Shown here: positions 1-14,059 of the stretch, one piece after another | How the letters are laid out: every line of letters begins with the position of its first letter | Position numbering within the stretch: the first letter of the stretch is position 1 | Assembly: GCA_002269645.1 (NCBI GenBank) | Contig: NIVC01004300.1 | Location: 1-51,286, forward strand | DNA: 51,286 nt | Direction of reading: 5' to 3' | Source: Macrostomum lignano | Taxonomy: Eukaryota | The notes under the pieces: generated by a model | Told to the model about the DNA's origin: nothing | The model's input: only the letters and a program-made list of their open reading frames with translations | The model's database searches: none | Position numbers and translations under genes: made by a program

Positions 1-47
1 ACTCCGTGCGCGCGGCTGGCGGGGAGGCGGCTGGGTGAGTCTCTTAG

Positions 48-925
<878 letters not shown>

Positions 926-1229
926 GTACACAGAGCAACACAAAAAGAAATATGAACATTTCGAGCTGAGTAAAGCGGAGTCCTGCTGATATTCGAGCAC
1001 TCACTCAGGTCTTCTCCGCAGACTGCATAAGAGGGCAGTGAAATTGCTCAATGAAAATGAGAGCAGAAAGCCACAGACAGAATTCAGTCTATAGCTGGAA
1101 AAGGACGGAAAGGCGTTGAGTCGGACAGGCAGTCATTGTGTTTTGAGCTCAGATTGTGGGTACACTGAGAGTACGGTAAAACTGACTGGCACTCGGAGTC
1201 GGAGATTCAACGAAGACGGAGAAATCTGG

Positions 1230-1253
1230 GGGGCGGGCTGCTCAGCCAATCAG
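1230..1253 (+). promoter_or_regulatory. GC box plus CCAAT box, candidate promoter of the BOK-like gene
   Basis: GGGGCGGG (1230-1237) followed by AGCCAATCAG (NF-Y consensus), about 500 nt upstream of the BOK ATG. Confidence 0.35.
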
Positions 1254-1434
1254 CTGGCCACTAAGTGCGCTCTGCCTTCATCACCCCGGCTCAGCCCTCA
1301 CCGGGACGGCGGCTTCATGCCGCCCCCCCCCCCTGTAGAAGGCCTTGAATAGCAATTTAGAGTACTTGAAGAAAAGAAATTTTTTTAATCTGCTGGTCAG
1401 TTTTGCGAGGACGAGCGAGGACTTTGGATTAGGT

Positions 1435-1746
<312 letters not shown>

Positions 1747-3332
1747 ATGCTTCGCCGCTCCGCGCTGGGTCGCCACTTCCCAGGCAGCTCGGGCGGTGCC
1801 GCAGACGGCGCAGCGACCCACGCCGGAGACGCGGAGGACGGCCCCAGCCAGGAGGAGCTGGCCGAAGAGGGCCGCCGCCTATGCCGGCGTACATCAGCCA
1901 CCGGCTGCAGCGCAGCGGCCTGCTCACCCAGAAGCTGGCAGACTCGCTTCTGTCAGCCGCCGCTGTCACGGACGGCGGCCCGGCTAGCCAGGAGCTGCGG
2001 CTGGTTGGCGAGCAGCTGGAAGCGATGTACCCCGACCTGTACAAAAACGTGCACAAGCAGCTCAACATCACCATGCACTCCGAGGATGTTGTCCGGCGCA
2101 CCTTCGCCATGTTCGCCGAGCAGCTGTGCAGCGGCGGCGTCCACTGGGGCAAAATTGTTGCGCTGTTCGCCATGGCCGGCGCCTTCGCTGTTGACTGCGT
2201 CCAGCAGGGCCGCCAGGAGTTCGTCAGCCGGATCGTCGACTGCTTTGGCGCCTTTGTGGCTGCCCGGCTGACGGACTGGCTGAGAAAGCAGGGCGGCTGG
2301 GTTATTGTGAGTGAGGCTGAGTGATTGTGAGTGAAGATGGGTGATTGTGAGTAAGGCTGGTGATTGTGAGTGAGGCTGGGTGATTGTGAGTGAGGCTGGG
2401 TGATTGTGAGTAAGGCTGGATGATTGTGAGTGAGGCTGGGTGATTGTGAGTGAGGCTGGGTGATTGTGAGTGAGGCTGGGTGATTGTGAATGAGGCTGGG
2501 TGATTGTGAGTGAAGATGGGTGATTTTGAGTGAGCCTGGGTGATTGTGAGTAAGGCTGGGTGATTGTGAGTGAGGCTGGGTGATTGTGAGTAAGGCTGGG
2601 TGATTGTAAATGAGGCTGGGTGATTTTGAGTGCCGCAGGGTGATTGTGAGTGAGTCTGGGTGATTGTGAGTAAGGCTGGGTGATTGTGAGTAAGGCTGGG
2701 TGATTGTGAGTGAGGCTTGGTGATTGTGAGTGAGGCTGGGTGATTGTGAATGAGGCTGTGTGATTGTGAGTAAGACTGGGTGATTGTGAATGAGGCTGGG
2801 TGATTTTGAGTGCCGCAGGGTGATTGTGAGCGAGGCTGGGTGATTGTGAGTGAGGCTGGGTGATTGTGAGTGAGGCTGGGTGATTGTGAGTGAGGCTGGG
2901 TGATTGTGAGTGAAGATGGGTGATTGTGAGTGAGGCTGGGTGATTGTGAATGAGGCTGGGTGATTGTGAGTGAAGATGGTGATTGTGAGTGAGGCTGGGT
3001 GATTGTGAATGAGGCTGGGTGATTGTGAGTGAAGATGGGTGATTGTGAGTGAGGCTGGGTGATTGTGAGTGCAGCTGGGTGATTGTGAGTGAGGCTGAAT
3101 GATTGTGAGTGAAGATGGGTGATTGTGAGTGAAGATGGGTGATTGTGAGTGAAGATGGGTGGTTGTGAATGCGCACAGTCTCATTGTGACAGCAACCTGA
3201 ACCCTTCTCTTGCAGCCAGAAGTGACCCGAGACGCGAAGCGCGAGAGCGACCGGACCTGGTTCTGGCTGATGCTGTCCGTGGGCGCCCTGGTGCTGTTTG
3301 TGTCAACGCTGCTCATATCTGCCTCTCTGTGA
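1747..3332 (+). CDS. BOK: BOK-like Bcl-2 family protein; exons 1747-2300 (or 2306) and 3216-3332; 1-nt frameshift near 1887
   Basis: MLRRS start; BH4-like [23 protein letters not shown]; BH3 LRLVGEQLE; [10 protein letters not shown]; BH1 [19 protein letters not shown]; BH2 [11 protein letters not shown]. The last exon after cttctcttgcag gives [38 protein letters not shown] (C-terminal TM anchor). Restoring one G after 1887 joins the two frames. Confidence 0.9.
2295..3160. repeat. 20-bp intronic minisatellite (GGCTGGGTGATTGTGAGTGA), about 43 copies
   Basis: Direct reading; fills nearly the whole BOK intron. Confidence 0.97.
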
Positions 3333-3444
3333 TCGGCTTAGGAGCCATGGCAACTTCCTGGCATGCGATGAGGGAATTCCCCAACTAAGACTCTACTGAA
3401 TATCCACTAAGAATCTGTACACTAAATATTTTTCAATCGAAATC

Positions 3445-4381
3445 ACATGGAGAGTTCAGTGGGAATCTATGGGGAATCCAACGAGAAGCTATGGGAAATC
3501 CAATGAGAATCTATGGGGAATCCAACGAGAAGCTATGGGGAATCCAATGAGAATCTATGGGGAATCCAGTGAGAATCTATGGGGAATCCAACGAGAAGCT
3601 ATGGGGAATCCAACGAGAAGCTATGGGGAATCCAACGAGAAGCTATGGGGAATCCAATGAGAATCTATGGGGAATCCAGTGAGAATCTATGGAGAATCCA
3701 ATGAGAATCTATGGTGAATCCAACGAGAAGCTATGGGGAATCCAATGAGAATCTATGGGGAATCCTGTAAGGAGGATCTATGGGTAAAATGAGAATCTAT
3801 GGGAATCCAATGAGAATCTATGGAGAATCCAGTGAGAATCTGTGGGGAATCCAGTAAGGAGGATCTATGGGGAATCCACTGAGAATCTATGGGGAATCCA
3901 GTAAGGAGGATATATGGGGAATCCAGTAAGAATCTATGGAGAATCCAGTGAGAATCTGTGGGGAATCCAGTGAGAATCTATGGGGAATCCAGTAAGGAGG
4001 ATCTATGGAGAATCCAGTGAGAATCTGTGGGGAATCCAGTGAGAATCTATGGGGAATCCAGTAAGGAGGATCTATGGGGAATCCAGTGAGAATCTATGGG
4101 GAATCCAGTAAGGAGGATATATGGGGAATCCAGTAAGAATCTATGGGGAATCCAGTAAGGAGGATCTATGGGGAATCCAGTGAGAATCTATGGGGAATCC
4201 AGTGAGAATCTATGGGGAATCCAGTAAGGAGGATCTATGGGGAATCCACTGAGAATCTATGGGGAATCCAGTAAGGAGGATATATGGGGAATCCAGTAAG
4301 AATCTATGGGGAATCCAGTAAGGAGGATCTATGGGGAATCCAGTGAGAATCTATGGGGAATCCAGTAAGGAGGATCTATGG
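3445..4381. repeat. Variable 21-27-bp minisatellite (GAGAATCTATGGGGAATCCA(A/G)T core)
   Basis: Tandem reiteration; AAGGAGGAT variants increase toward the 3' end. Confidence 0.95.
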
Positions 4382-5254
4382 AACCAAGCCAAAGTTTCTG
4401 AATATGCCACGCAAAGTATTTCATTCTTGCACACTTTTGCTTCGAATTTCGAGTGTCTTGTAAAAATTCCATTCTATTGAAATATAATTTACTCTGGTCC
4501 CTACTAAAAGTAGCGAGGCTGAGAGAGAAATTTATGCATATTTAATCCTTAATTATCTGAATAATTGACTGCACATCAAACTCCTAGCGACCACAATTCG
4601 CGTTTATAATTGCAAGCATTTCAATAGTTGCGTCGGACGACGGCAACCGAGACACAAGATACCTGTACGGAATTCATTTTTACTGTGTTTGAGCTCAAAT
4701 AAACAAAAGCCACTGGCTCAGAGTGGAAGCGGAATGAAGTCCCTGAGCAAAATCAAATCCCTTCTCGCCCGTCTCTCCTCCCCAGCTACCGTACTGCAGA
4801 GGCATTGCGACCAAGTGTACTGTGGTAAATGGCTGTACTGTGGGGGGTCTGAATGAGCCGAGGTGTACACTTAGCTGATGCCGACACTTCCACAAGCCTG
4901 CAGCCTTAATGCAGCTCATTCACTGTCTTCAAGTCTGGCGCGCCTGCCCCAGCCCTAGCGCCACCGCGCCTTCTACTTATTACTGAGTCACGCAAGGTGA
5001 ACAGAAAAATAAAAAGAGGAGACACAAACTGAGGAGGGGGGAGGTCGCAGCCGAGAACTGAGAATTGGAGGGGAAGGGGAAGTCCAGGAGGGGAGCAGGG
5101 ACAGAAACTGCACCGGGTCACCCCCGGGCGAAAACCAATCTGTGCAGTTTGGGCGCCCTGCCCACCCCCCTCTCCCTGTTCCCAGCCAGAGCCGCTCCTA
5201 TAGAACCAGGGAGCGGCCTCTTCACCTCAGCCCGGATCTGCGGACCCGACAGCC

Positions 5255-7277
5255 ATGCACAGCTCCGGCCCCAGGCAAGCTGCTTACGTCAACGCCGGCT
5301 ACTTCGCCGAACCGTCGTCGGGCGCGGAGCGGCACCCGAGCCGGCTGCACCAGACGCCGCAGGCGCAGCCTCCCCCGACAACTCTGGCCAACGAGGACGA
5401 GTACAGGGCCTGGCTGACGGCCACCTACCAGGCGGTGTTCGCGCCCTACTCTGCCGCAGGCGGGATGCCCAACCGGACTTTCTTGGAGCTGTTCGCCCGG
5501 CAGGACCTGCTGCGCAACCGGAAGCTGGCCGACCTGATGTCGAGGATCGACGCCAACAAGGACGGCCGGGTCTCCTGGTCGGAGTTCTTCAGCTTCATGA
5601 CTTACCGGCAGCGGCGCGAGGTGTCTCAGGGTCGGCGCTTTCTCAACGGTCTGGTTCGCCGCGCAGCGCCGGCAGCGGCGCGCAAAGAGCGCCAGGTGCG
5701 CGAGGACAACCAGGCGGCCGGGGAGCCGGTGCCGGGCGAGGCCTACCTGGAGTTCTACGACTGCCGGCCGCCGCCAGTCTTTGTGCCTCTCGTCCTGGTT
5801 GGCATATGGGTGACTTTCCTGGTGTACCTGGCCGAGCTGAACCGCGGGCCCGAGTGGAACCGCGTCACCTGGACTGGCGGGGTGCCCTACTACAGCCCGC
5901 TGTGCTTCTGTCCGGCCAGGCGGCAGGAGGTTTGTCCGATTTTTTTACGTCCGAGAGTGTCCGAAAAAATAGGACAGGGTGTTGCTTCATAAACCGGAAG
6001 TTTAAGATCAAGATCCTAGATCCTGAGCGGACAGGTGATATTTTATACTCTCTACTGTAAGTAGTCTGTAGAAGCATGAAAACTCCGGGATCTTCCAGGT
6101 GTGGCGATTCCTCACCTACATGCTGCTGCACGTTGGCTGGCACCACATCGTGTTCAACTCGGCGCTGACCCTGCTGCTCGGCATTCCACTCGAGCTGGTT
6201 CACAAGGCCTGGCGGGTGGCGCCCATCTTCTTGGCGGGCGTCCTGGCCGGCTCTCTGCTTTCGTCTGTGGCCGAACCTGCCGTCACCCTGCTGGGCGCCT
6301 CCGGTGGTGTCTACGCGCTGATCGGAGCCCACTACGGCCTGGTCATCATGAACTGGGAGGAGCTGCAGGAGGGCTGGCAGAGCTGGCGCAAGAATCCACT
6401 GAAGATCTTCTCTAGCGGGCTGTTCCGCCTGCTGCTGCTCACGCTGCTTGTTGCTCTGGACTTTGGAGTCGCGCTGTACAGGTCAGCTGCGGGGCATTAC
6501 TGAGCTTGTATGACCTGTATGACTGATTGTAGACTGAGAATCTATGACCTGTATGACTGATTGTAGACTGAGAATCTATGACCTGTATGACTGATTGTAG
6601 ATTGAGAATCTATGACCTGTATGACTGATTGTAGATTGAGAATCTATGACCTGTATGACTGATTGTAGACTGAGATCTATGACCTGTATGACTGATTGTA
6701 GACTGAGAATCTTTGACCTGTATGACTGATTGTAGATTGAGAATCTATGACCTGTATGACTGATTGTAGACTGAGATCTATGACATGTATGACTGATTGT
6801 AGACTGAGAATCTATGACCTGTATGACTGATTGTAGACTGAGAACCTATGACCTGCATGACTGATTGTAGACTGAGAATCTATGACCTGTATGACTGATT
6901 GTAGACTGAGAATCTTTGACCTGTATGACTGATTGTAGATTGAGAATCTATGACCTGTATGACTGATAGCAGACTGAAAATCTATGACCCTCATGACTGC
7001 ATGATATGACCGAAGGGTATGAGTATACCTATGACTCCCATCCAGACGGTACACGCTGGCCAGCCTGGAGAACTCGGTGTCCCTCACCGCCCACGCGGCC
7101 GGCCTGCTGTGCGGCATCCTGGTTGGCATCCCCTGCCTACGCAACCTGGACAAGAAGCCATGGGAGATGGTGCTGTTCTGGGTGGCCATCGGCCTGCTGG
7201 TTGTCTACATGATCTTTGCCGTGCTGTGGAACATCTTCTACATGGGCTACCCGACTGACATACCCTGTAATGTGTGA
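5255..7277 (+). CDS. Rhomboid intramembrane serine protease with N-terminal EF-hand (RHBDL1/3-like); exons 5255-5929, 6099-6481, 7046-7277
   Basis: EF-hand loop DANKDGRVSWSEF; spliced RRQE|VWRFLTYMLLHVGWHHIVFN; catalytic GASGG; catalytic His in SLTAHAAG; C-terminal FAVLWNIF. GT-AG boundaries are phase-compatible (0 and 2). Confidence 0.93.
6505..6990. repeat. 34-bp intronic minisatellite (CTATGACCTGTATGACTGATTGTAGACTGAGAAT)
   Basis: Tandem copies inside rhomboid intron 2. Confidence 0.95.
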
Positions 7278-7329
7278 GGCCTGAGTCAGCGAACTCAGAG
7301 CTGAGTTGACGAGTATATAGCTAGTAAGA

Positions 7330-7660
7330 TCGATATCTGAGTAGATAAAATCGGTATTTGAGTAGATAAGATCGATACTTGAGTGGATAAGATTAGGATT
7401 TAACTAGATAAGAATTGGGATTTGAGTAGATAGGAATGGGATTTGAGTAGATAAGAATGGGATTTGAGTAGATAAGAATGGGATTTGAGTAGATAAGAAT
7501 GGGATTTGAGTAGATAAGAATGGGATTTGAGTAGATAAGAATGGGATTTGAGTAGATAAGAATTGGATTTGAGTAGATAAGAATGGGATTTGAGGAGATA
7601 AGAGTGGGATTTGAGTAAATAAGAGCTGGATTTGAGTAGATAAGAGTGAGATTTGAGTAA
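7330..7660. repeat. 21-bp minisatellite (TTGAGTAGATAAGAATGGGAT)
   Basis: Direct reading, just downstream of the rhomboid stop. Confidence 0.95.
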
Positions 7661-8389
7661 CTCGAGACTTAATCCAAAGACAAAGCATATCTAATCAAAT
7701 AATTACAAGTACACCCGCTTTCTATGTGATCTACGAGTATCTGAGTTATAAAACCATTACTCATTAGTTCCTTAATAAGACTAATAAATTCTTTAATTAC
7801 TGGATGTTTTAGAAAAGACACTGTATTAGTGATTAAATGCACTACATAAATATGATTACACATCCCTATGCCATCACTCGTGCCCTTCTACACATGCATT
7901 GTAATTTGGATATTTTTATCTGTTTTGTACTTTTGTCTCTCCATCAGGCCGCCATTCTTAGTCACAAGCAGCCTTCATTGTGTTTCCAAGCCCAGGAGGC
8001 GGGACCTCCGAAATCAAATGTGAAACATAAAAGCTCTCTGCAGTGAAAGTTCGCCTCTGTTTTTATCTGCCCCTACTCTGACAGGAAAATGATAATATAT
8101 TATGAGCCGCCTTGCAAATTCTGAGACAAAGGAAGAAAAAACCAAGTAGCTGCGGTTGACTTTGTGGTTTTTCGCAGGGAAAATTTTTTTTGTAAATCTT
8201 ATTATATTTTGACATTGCCACGCAGTTAATGCTACTCATTAGAATTCCAGTAGAGTGATCAGGCCTTTGGCTTCAAAATATAGTTTATAATCACAGCTTC
8301 AGTCAATGTAAATAGTAAATACGAGAACTCGTAACTTAAATAAATTTTTTTATAGAAAGTAATAGGACTACGAATGGGGAATTTCAGGG

Positions 8390-8850
8390 TGCTAGGGATG
8401 ATGGGATCTAGGTGTCCTAGGAATGGGATCTATAGGTGTTAGGAATGGCCGGATCTAAAGATCTTAGAAATGGGAACTAGAGATCTTAGGAATGGGAACT
8501 AGAGATCATAGGAATGGGGATCTAGAGATCTTAGGAATGGGGATCTAGAGATCTTAGGAATGGGGATCTAGAGGTGCTAGGGATGGGGATCTAGGGGTGC
8601 TAGGAATGGGTATCTAGGGGTGCTAGGGATTGGGATCTAGGGGTGCCAGGGATGGGTATCTAGGGGGGCTAGGGATGGGGATCTAGAGGTGCTAGGGATG
8701 GGAGCCAGGGGTGCTAGGGATGGGGATCTAGAGGTGCTAGGGATGGGAGCTAGGGGTGCTAGGGATGGGGATCTAGAGGTGCTAGGGATGGGAGCATAGG
8801 GGTGCTAGGGATGGGGATCTAGAGGTGCTAGGGATGGGAGCATAGGGGTG
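8390..8850. repeat. ~23-bp minisatellite (GGATCTAGAGGTGCTAGGGATGG)
   Basis: Direct reading, immediately downstream of the C-type lectin stop. Confidence 0.93.
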
Positions 8851-8874
8851 CCCTGACAGGGGGCGCAGACGCAG

Positions 8875-10116
8875 CTATATGACGGTCGGGCACTCGCAGA
8901 TGTAGCCGGTGCTGCTGGTACACCAGAAATCGTCAAGGCCATTGCTAAAGAAACTGTACAGTGCGGCGCAGCCCTGGGAGGGGGTGCCCGAGTCCGGCTG
9001 CCCGGGCTCCCAGATGCCACGGTCGATGGCGACGCCGCAGCCGTCCCAGACCCAGTTGGCCTTCTTGTCAGCGCTGGCAGCCAGCTGGTAGCCGCCCAGG
9101 TGGTAATTGACCCCTGGCTTCCTCAGCGACATCAGCCAGCGCAGCTCGGCGAGGTCCCCGACGACTGCCAGCCTGGCGAGGCCGCCATCCGCGGCGCAGG
9201 CGACCTTGGCGGTGGACCAGGTGGCAGTGTGGGAGCTCACCACCTTGTATGAGCTGCCGTTGCTGGGGTTTGGGGGTTGTATAGGCAGTTTTTTAAGGCA
9301 TTTTAAGGCAGACTCACTGATTGGTTGGTCTTTCTCTATAAATGACTGTGCCTCTATCCTACATGTAATATACAAAGACTGCCAACTGAGAGATGGGGGC
9401 CGTAGCCCAGTGGTCTAGTGCGACGCTGTATTGTGCCAGCGGCCCAGGCTCGATTCCAAGTGCAGTCACATTAATTTGGGGTTAAATTGGAGTCTCGGCT
9501 TGGCTCTGCTCGTGCAATTAACGCCATTGAGGGCCAAACCCCTCAAGTCACACTGAAGTGTACATGCCGAACGATAAATAAAGTTAGGGCCACTGTGCAC
9601 TCCTGTGTGAGTGTGTGCCTGTGCGTATGACTGCGTACGTATCCGCGCGCTTGTGTGTCTGCTCAGGGGAGTCGGCGGAATGGGCAGTAATGCCTCTCGC
9701 TGGTTGGTGACACGCCTACAAGCCTACCGAGAGTGAGAGTATCCCACAGGACAAAGACTGCCGTGCGCCGCTCCAGGCAACCGTCGTACAAAGATCTCGG
9801 CTCGGTCATCAGAGCCACAGGCAGCCGCCGTCGGGTCGCGGACGGCGTGGCTGCAAGCGTCGAAGACAAACAGGCGGCACCGGCAGGCGGGCAGGGCTTG
9901 GAAGGCCTGGCAGCGGTCGGTGGCGGCGCAGCGCAGGGCGCAAGACTCGGCGCCGCCGCAGACGCCTGGCAGCAGGCGCTGGAACTCAGGCCGAATACCG
10001 CAGGCGCTCGCGCCTCCGGCGGCGACTCGTTCGAAGCCCGAGCAGCCACCGGAGTCAGCTAGTTGCCATGGAGACCATAGCAGGAGCAGCAATGCAACCA
10101 CGCTAACAGTGAACAT
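8875..10116 (-). CDS. Secreted PAN/apple-like + C-type lectin protein; exons 10116-9728 and 9262-8875 (258 aa)
   Basis: Signal peptide MFTVSVVALLLLLWSPW; PAN-like SCALRCAATDRCQAF..CRL. The phase-2 splice CG|gtaggc...cccag|C yields CPVGYSHSRNGSSYKV (CTLD start), then TWSTAKVAC, WEPGQPD, CAAL, LDDFWC, ICEC. Exon lengths 389+388=777 nt. Confidence 0.85.
9395..9582 (+). mobile_element. tRNA-related SINE-like element within the lectin intron
   Basis: Pol III A-box TAGCCCAGTGG (9403-9413), B-box GGCTCGATTCC (9447-9457), tRNA-like 5' GGGGCCG, and AATAAATAAA tail. No clear TSD. Confidence 0.55.
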
Positions 10117-10399
10117 TTTAAGAATCCAATGCCTACCCCATAGTTCCTTGCTAATTGGAAGTGCCTGAATTTTATACTCAAATCAACAAGTAGCGAAATG
10201 CAGCAGCACCTCACGCATACAGCTGTTCAAACAGCTTTGAGGAATTTTTTCCCGCTTGAAAAATATCCACCTGAGCAAACATCTTCGGCGAGCAACTAAG
10301 TTCTCTGTCGCCAATTTTTGATGCAATTATAATGAGCAAGTATGCTTGTTTACGAGAGCTCGATGAGAGAAGTTGTCACTCCAGATTGCATGACAGTTA

Positions 10400-11730
10400 G
10401 ATCTCCTTGTCTATGAAAACTGGGGGAGTTGCCTCTCCAGATTCCATGGCAGCTAGATCTTTTTGGCCAAATGATCGGAGAGAGGAGTTGCCGCTCCAGA
10501 TTGCATGACAGCTAGATCTCCTTAGCTGTGAGCGCTCGGGGAGAGGAGTTGCCGCTCCAGATTCCATGACAGCTAGATCTCCTTAGCTATGAGCGCTCGG
10601 GGAGAGGAGTTGCCACTCCAGATTCCATGACAGCTAGATCTCCTTTGCTATGAGCGCTCGGGGAGAGGAGTTGCCACTCCAGATTCCATGACACTTAGAT
10701 CTCCTTTGCTATGAGCGCTCGGGGAGAGAAGTTGCCACTCCAGATTCCATGACAGTTAGATCTCCTTAGCTATGAGCGCTCGGGGAGAGGAGTTGCCACT
10801 CCAGATTCCATTACAGTTAGATCTCCTTAGCTATGAGCGCTCGGGGAGAGGAGTTGCCACTCCAGATTCCATGACAGTTAGATCTCCTTAGCTATGAGCG
10901 CTCGGGGAGAGGAGTTGCCACTCCAGATTCCATGACAGTTAGATCTCCTTAGCTATGAGCGCTCGGGGAGAGGAGTTGCCACTCCAGATTCCATGACAGT
11001 TAGGTCTCCTTGGCTATGAGTGCTCGGGGAGAGGAGTTGCCTCTCCAGATTCCATGACAGTTAGGTCTCCTTGTCTATGAGTGGGGAGAGAGGAGTTGCC
11101 TTTCCAGATTCCATGACAGCTAGGTCTCCTTGTCTATGAGTGGGGAGAGAGGAGTTGCCTCTCCAGATTCCATGACAGCTAGGTCTCCTTGTCTATGAGT
11201 GGGGAGAGAGGAGTTGCCTCTCCAGATTCCATGACAGCTAGGTCTCCTTGTCTATGAGTGGGGAGAGAGGAGTTGCCTCTCCAGATTCCATGACAGCTAG
11301 GTCTCCTTGGCTATGAGTGCTCGGGGAGAGGAGTTGCCTCTCCAGATTCCATGACAACTAGGTCTCCTTGGCTATGAGTGATCGGGGAGAGGAGTTGCCA
11401 CTCCAGATTGCATGACAGTTAGATCTCCTTGTCTATGAGTGGGGAGAGAGGAGTTGCCTCTCCAGATTGGATGACAGTTAGATCTCCTTGTCTATAAGTG
11501 GGGAGAGAGGAGTTGCCGCTCCAGATTGGATGACAGTTAGATCTCCTTGGCCAAGAGTGATCGAGGAGGAGTTGCCTTTCCAGATTGCATGACAGCTAGG
11601 TCTCCTTGGCTATGAGTGCTCGGGGAGAGGAGTTGCCTCTCCAGATTCCATGACAGCTAGGTCTCCTTGGCTATGAGTGCTCGGGGAGAGGAGTTGCCAC
11701 TCCAGATTGCATGACAGTTAGATCTCCTTG
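10400..11730. repeat. 59-61-bp minisatellite, about 22 copies
   Basis: Unit GAGAGGAGTTGCCACTCCAGATTCCATGACAGTTAGATCTCCTTAGCTATGAGCGCTCGGG; head-to-tail with no unique spacers. Confidence 0.97.
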
Positions 11731-12384
11731 GCTACGAATTTGATCAGAAAATGAGCAGAAATGCTGACAAGAAGCCAACAAAGGATGCGGCAAATTTGTT
11801 AAGTTTTCTAGGAAAGAAATCCTTCAATTTTAGCTATCCAATGAGCTCTCAGCTTGGAGGCGCCACGCGTGCAGTTGCCAGTTTATTAATAATAAATTCT
11901 CGCCAATATTGATGCGCGCTCAAATTCAATGTGAATGAACTACAAATAGAAATGAAAGTACAACAGGACAGGCCGGTACACGAGAAAGTGTGGAAAAGAT
12001 AACAGAGCCAACAAATTGTTACCGCCCAGGCCAGTTATTGTATCGGAGGCGCGTGTACAGGGGCTGGCAGGCAAAAACACGCAGCAAAAGAACGTCTATG
12101 AAGTCTGACAAGGCGGCTGGGCTGGAAATTTTGTCAATCCAAGCAAGCAGTTCGGATAGCTTGTTATTGCAGCTCATCTCATTGCTCTCCCGAGGCAACG
12201 CTGGGACAAAAAATCCTCATAGAAAACGCGATGGGTAGCAACAGTAAAATCTGAGAGCTGATAATTTATATCGGGGAATTCTTTGAGCTGCGATAAAAAC
12301 TCGACTGTGCTGCATCAACCAATCCACTGAGAACATCTCTGACGCATCTCCCGACTCGGGTTGGCAGCGCATCCGCATATTCCC

Positions 12385-13260
12385 TCCCTCCATCTCTCAC
12401 CCTCCATCTTCCTCCATCTCTCACCCTCCATCTTCCTCCCTCTCTCACCCTCCATCTTCCTCCATCTCTCACCCTCCATCTTCCTCCCTCTCTCACTCTC
12501 CATCTTCCTCCATCTCTCACCCTCCATCTTCCTCCATCTCTCACCCTCCATCTTCCTCCATCTTCCTCCATCTCTCACCCTCCATCTTCCTCCATCTCTC
12601 ACCCTCCATCTTCCTCCATCTCTCACCCTCCATCTTCCTCCATCTTCCTCCATCTCTCACCCTCCATCTTCCTCCATCTCTCACCCTCCATCTTCCTCCA
12701 TCTCTCACCCTCCATCTTCCTCCATCTCTCACCCTCCATCTTCCTCCATCTCTCACCCTCCATCTTCCTCCATCTCTCACCCTCCATCTTCCTCCCTCTC
12801 TCACACTCCATCTTCCTCCATCTCTCACCCTCCCTCCGTCTCTCACCCTCCATCTCCCTCCCTCTCACCCTCCATCTCCCTCCATATCTTCCACTCCCTC
12901 CATCTCTCATCCTCAATCTCCCACCCTCCGTCTCTCACCCTCCATCTCTCACCCTCCATCTCCCTTCCTCTCTCACCCTCCATCTCCCTCCATATCTCCC
13001 ACTCCCTCCATCTCTCACCCTCCATCTCCCTCCCTCTCACCCTCCATCTCCCTCCATATCTCCCACTCCCTCCATCTCTCATCCTCAATCTCCCTCCCTC
13101 TCACCCTCCATCTCCCACTCCCTCCATCTCTCATCCTCAATCTCCCACCCTCCGTCTCTCACCCTCCATCTTTCACCCTCCATCTCTCTTCCTCTCTCAC
13201 CCTCTATCTCCTTTCGTCTCTCACCCTCCATCTCCCTTCCTCTCACCCTCCCTCTATCTC
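12385..13260. repeat. C/T-rich low-complexity tandem repeat (CTCTCACCCTCCATCTTCCTCCAT-type)
   Basis: Direct reading; essentially G-free on the + strand. Confidence 0.95.
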
Positions 13261-14059
13261 ACAGGCTACTGCAATCCCATCTAAGAGCCAGTAAGCATTC
13301 AACAGCCTTAGACTTCAACTCGCAGAAGAGTTAAACCAATCAGAAGCAGCAAAGCTGTAGTTGAAAAACAAAGCATCTGTCATAGGGGCATCAAATGGCA
13401 GTTAGAATATGCTTGCTAAAAGCTTCCGCAGACAAATTTGCAATGCCAAACTGAGGCTAACAATAAACCAGAATGAGCAGACAGACAAGAGAGAGAGATA
13501 AGCAAAACACAGCATAAAAGCGAGATGATATTGTTCAATAAATATACTAGATGAGTATTAGAATCATTGGTATTAGAATCGGCAGTTAGCAGAGCTCCCG
13601 TCACCGACTTTAGCGCGGATGGAAAAATCAAATTCTTCATTCAAAAAAATCATTACGCAGCACGCTACTCATAAAAAATAGTAGCATGAGTGGTGCAGTG
13701 CGGCTAAAAATATTAATTTTAAATCCTAATGACAATTATTTCATAAGAAAACTATTACCGTAATATATCGATATCATCGGGATCAAAGTTGGGGGAAAAT
13801 GGGGAGACAACAAGAGGCCGGCTTTAAACTCAAAGTGGTCTCAAAAATCAACTGACTACAGATCGGCTCCTAATTATTGTTAGGAGCTGCTGGATAGGAG
13901 GAGAACAGCGGGAGACGCTGGCGCACACACACAGGTAGATAGCGGAAGCACCTGACTGATAGAAATGAGCCGCACAGGATAAGCCAAGTCACTTATTTCG
14001 ACAGCTTAGAGAGAGGAAATCGAAACAGAAGCCTTCTCTACACATTTGAAGTAGAGAAA

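Noticed and set aside
10400-11730. 61-bp array as a possible CRISPR
   Set aside because: Units are head-to-tail with no unique spacers, there are no cas genes, and the context is eukaryotic. The same applies to the other arrays.
12266-13284. ORFs across the C/T-rich tract and an exon-like stretch EYADALPTRVG...
   Set aside because: Repeat-derived frames; no splice or homology support for the short unique part.
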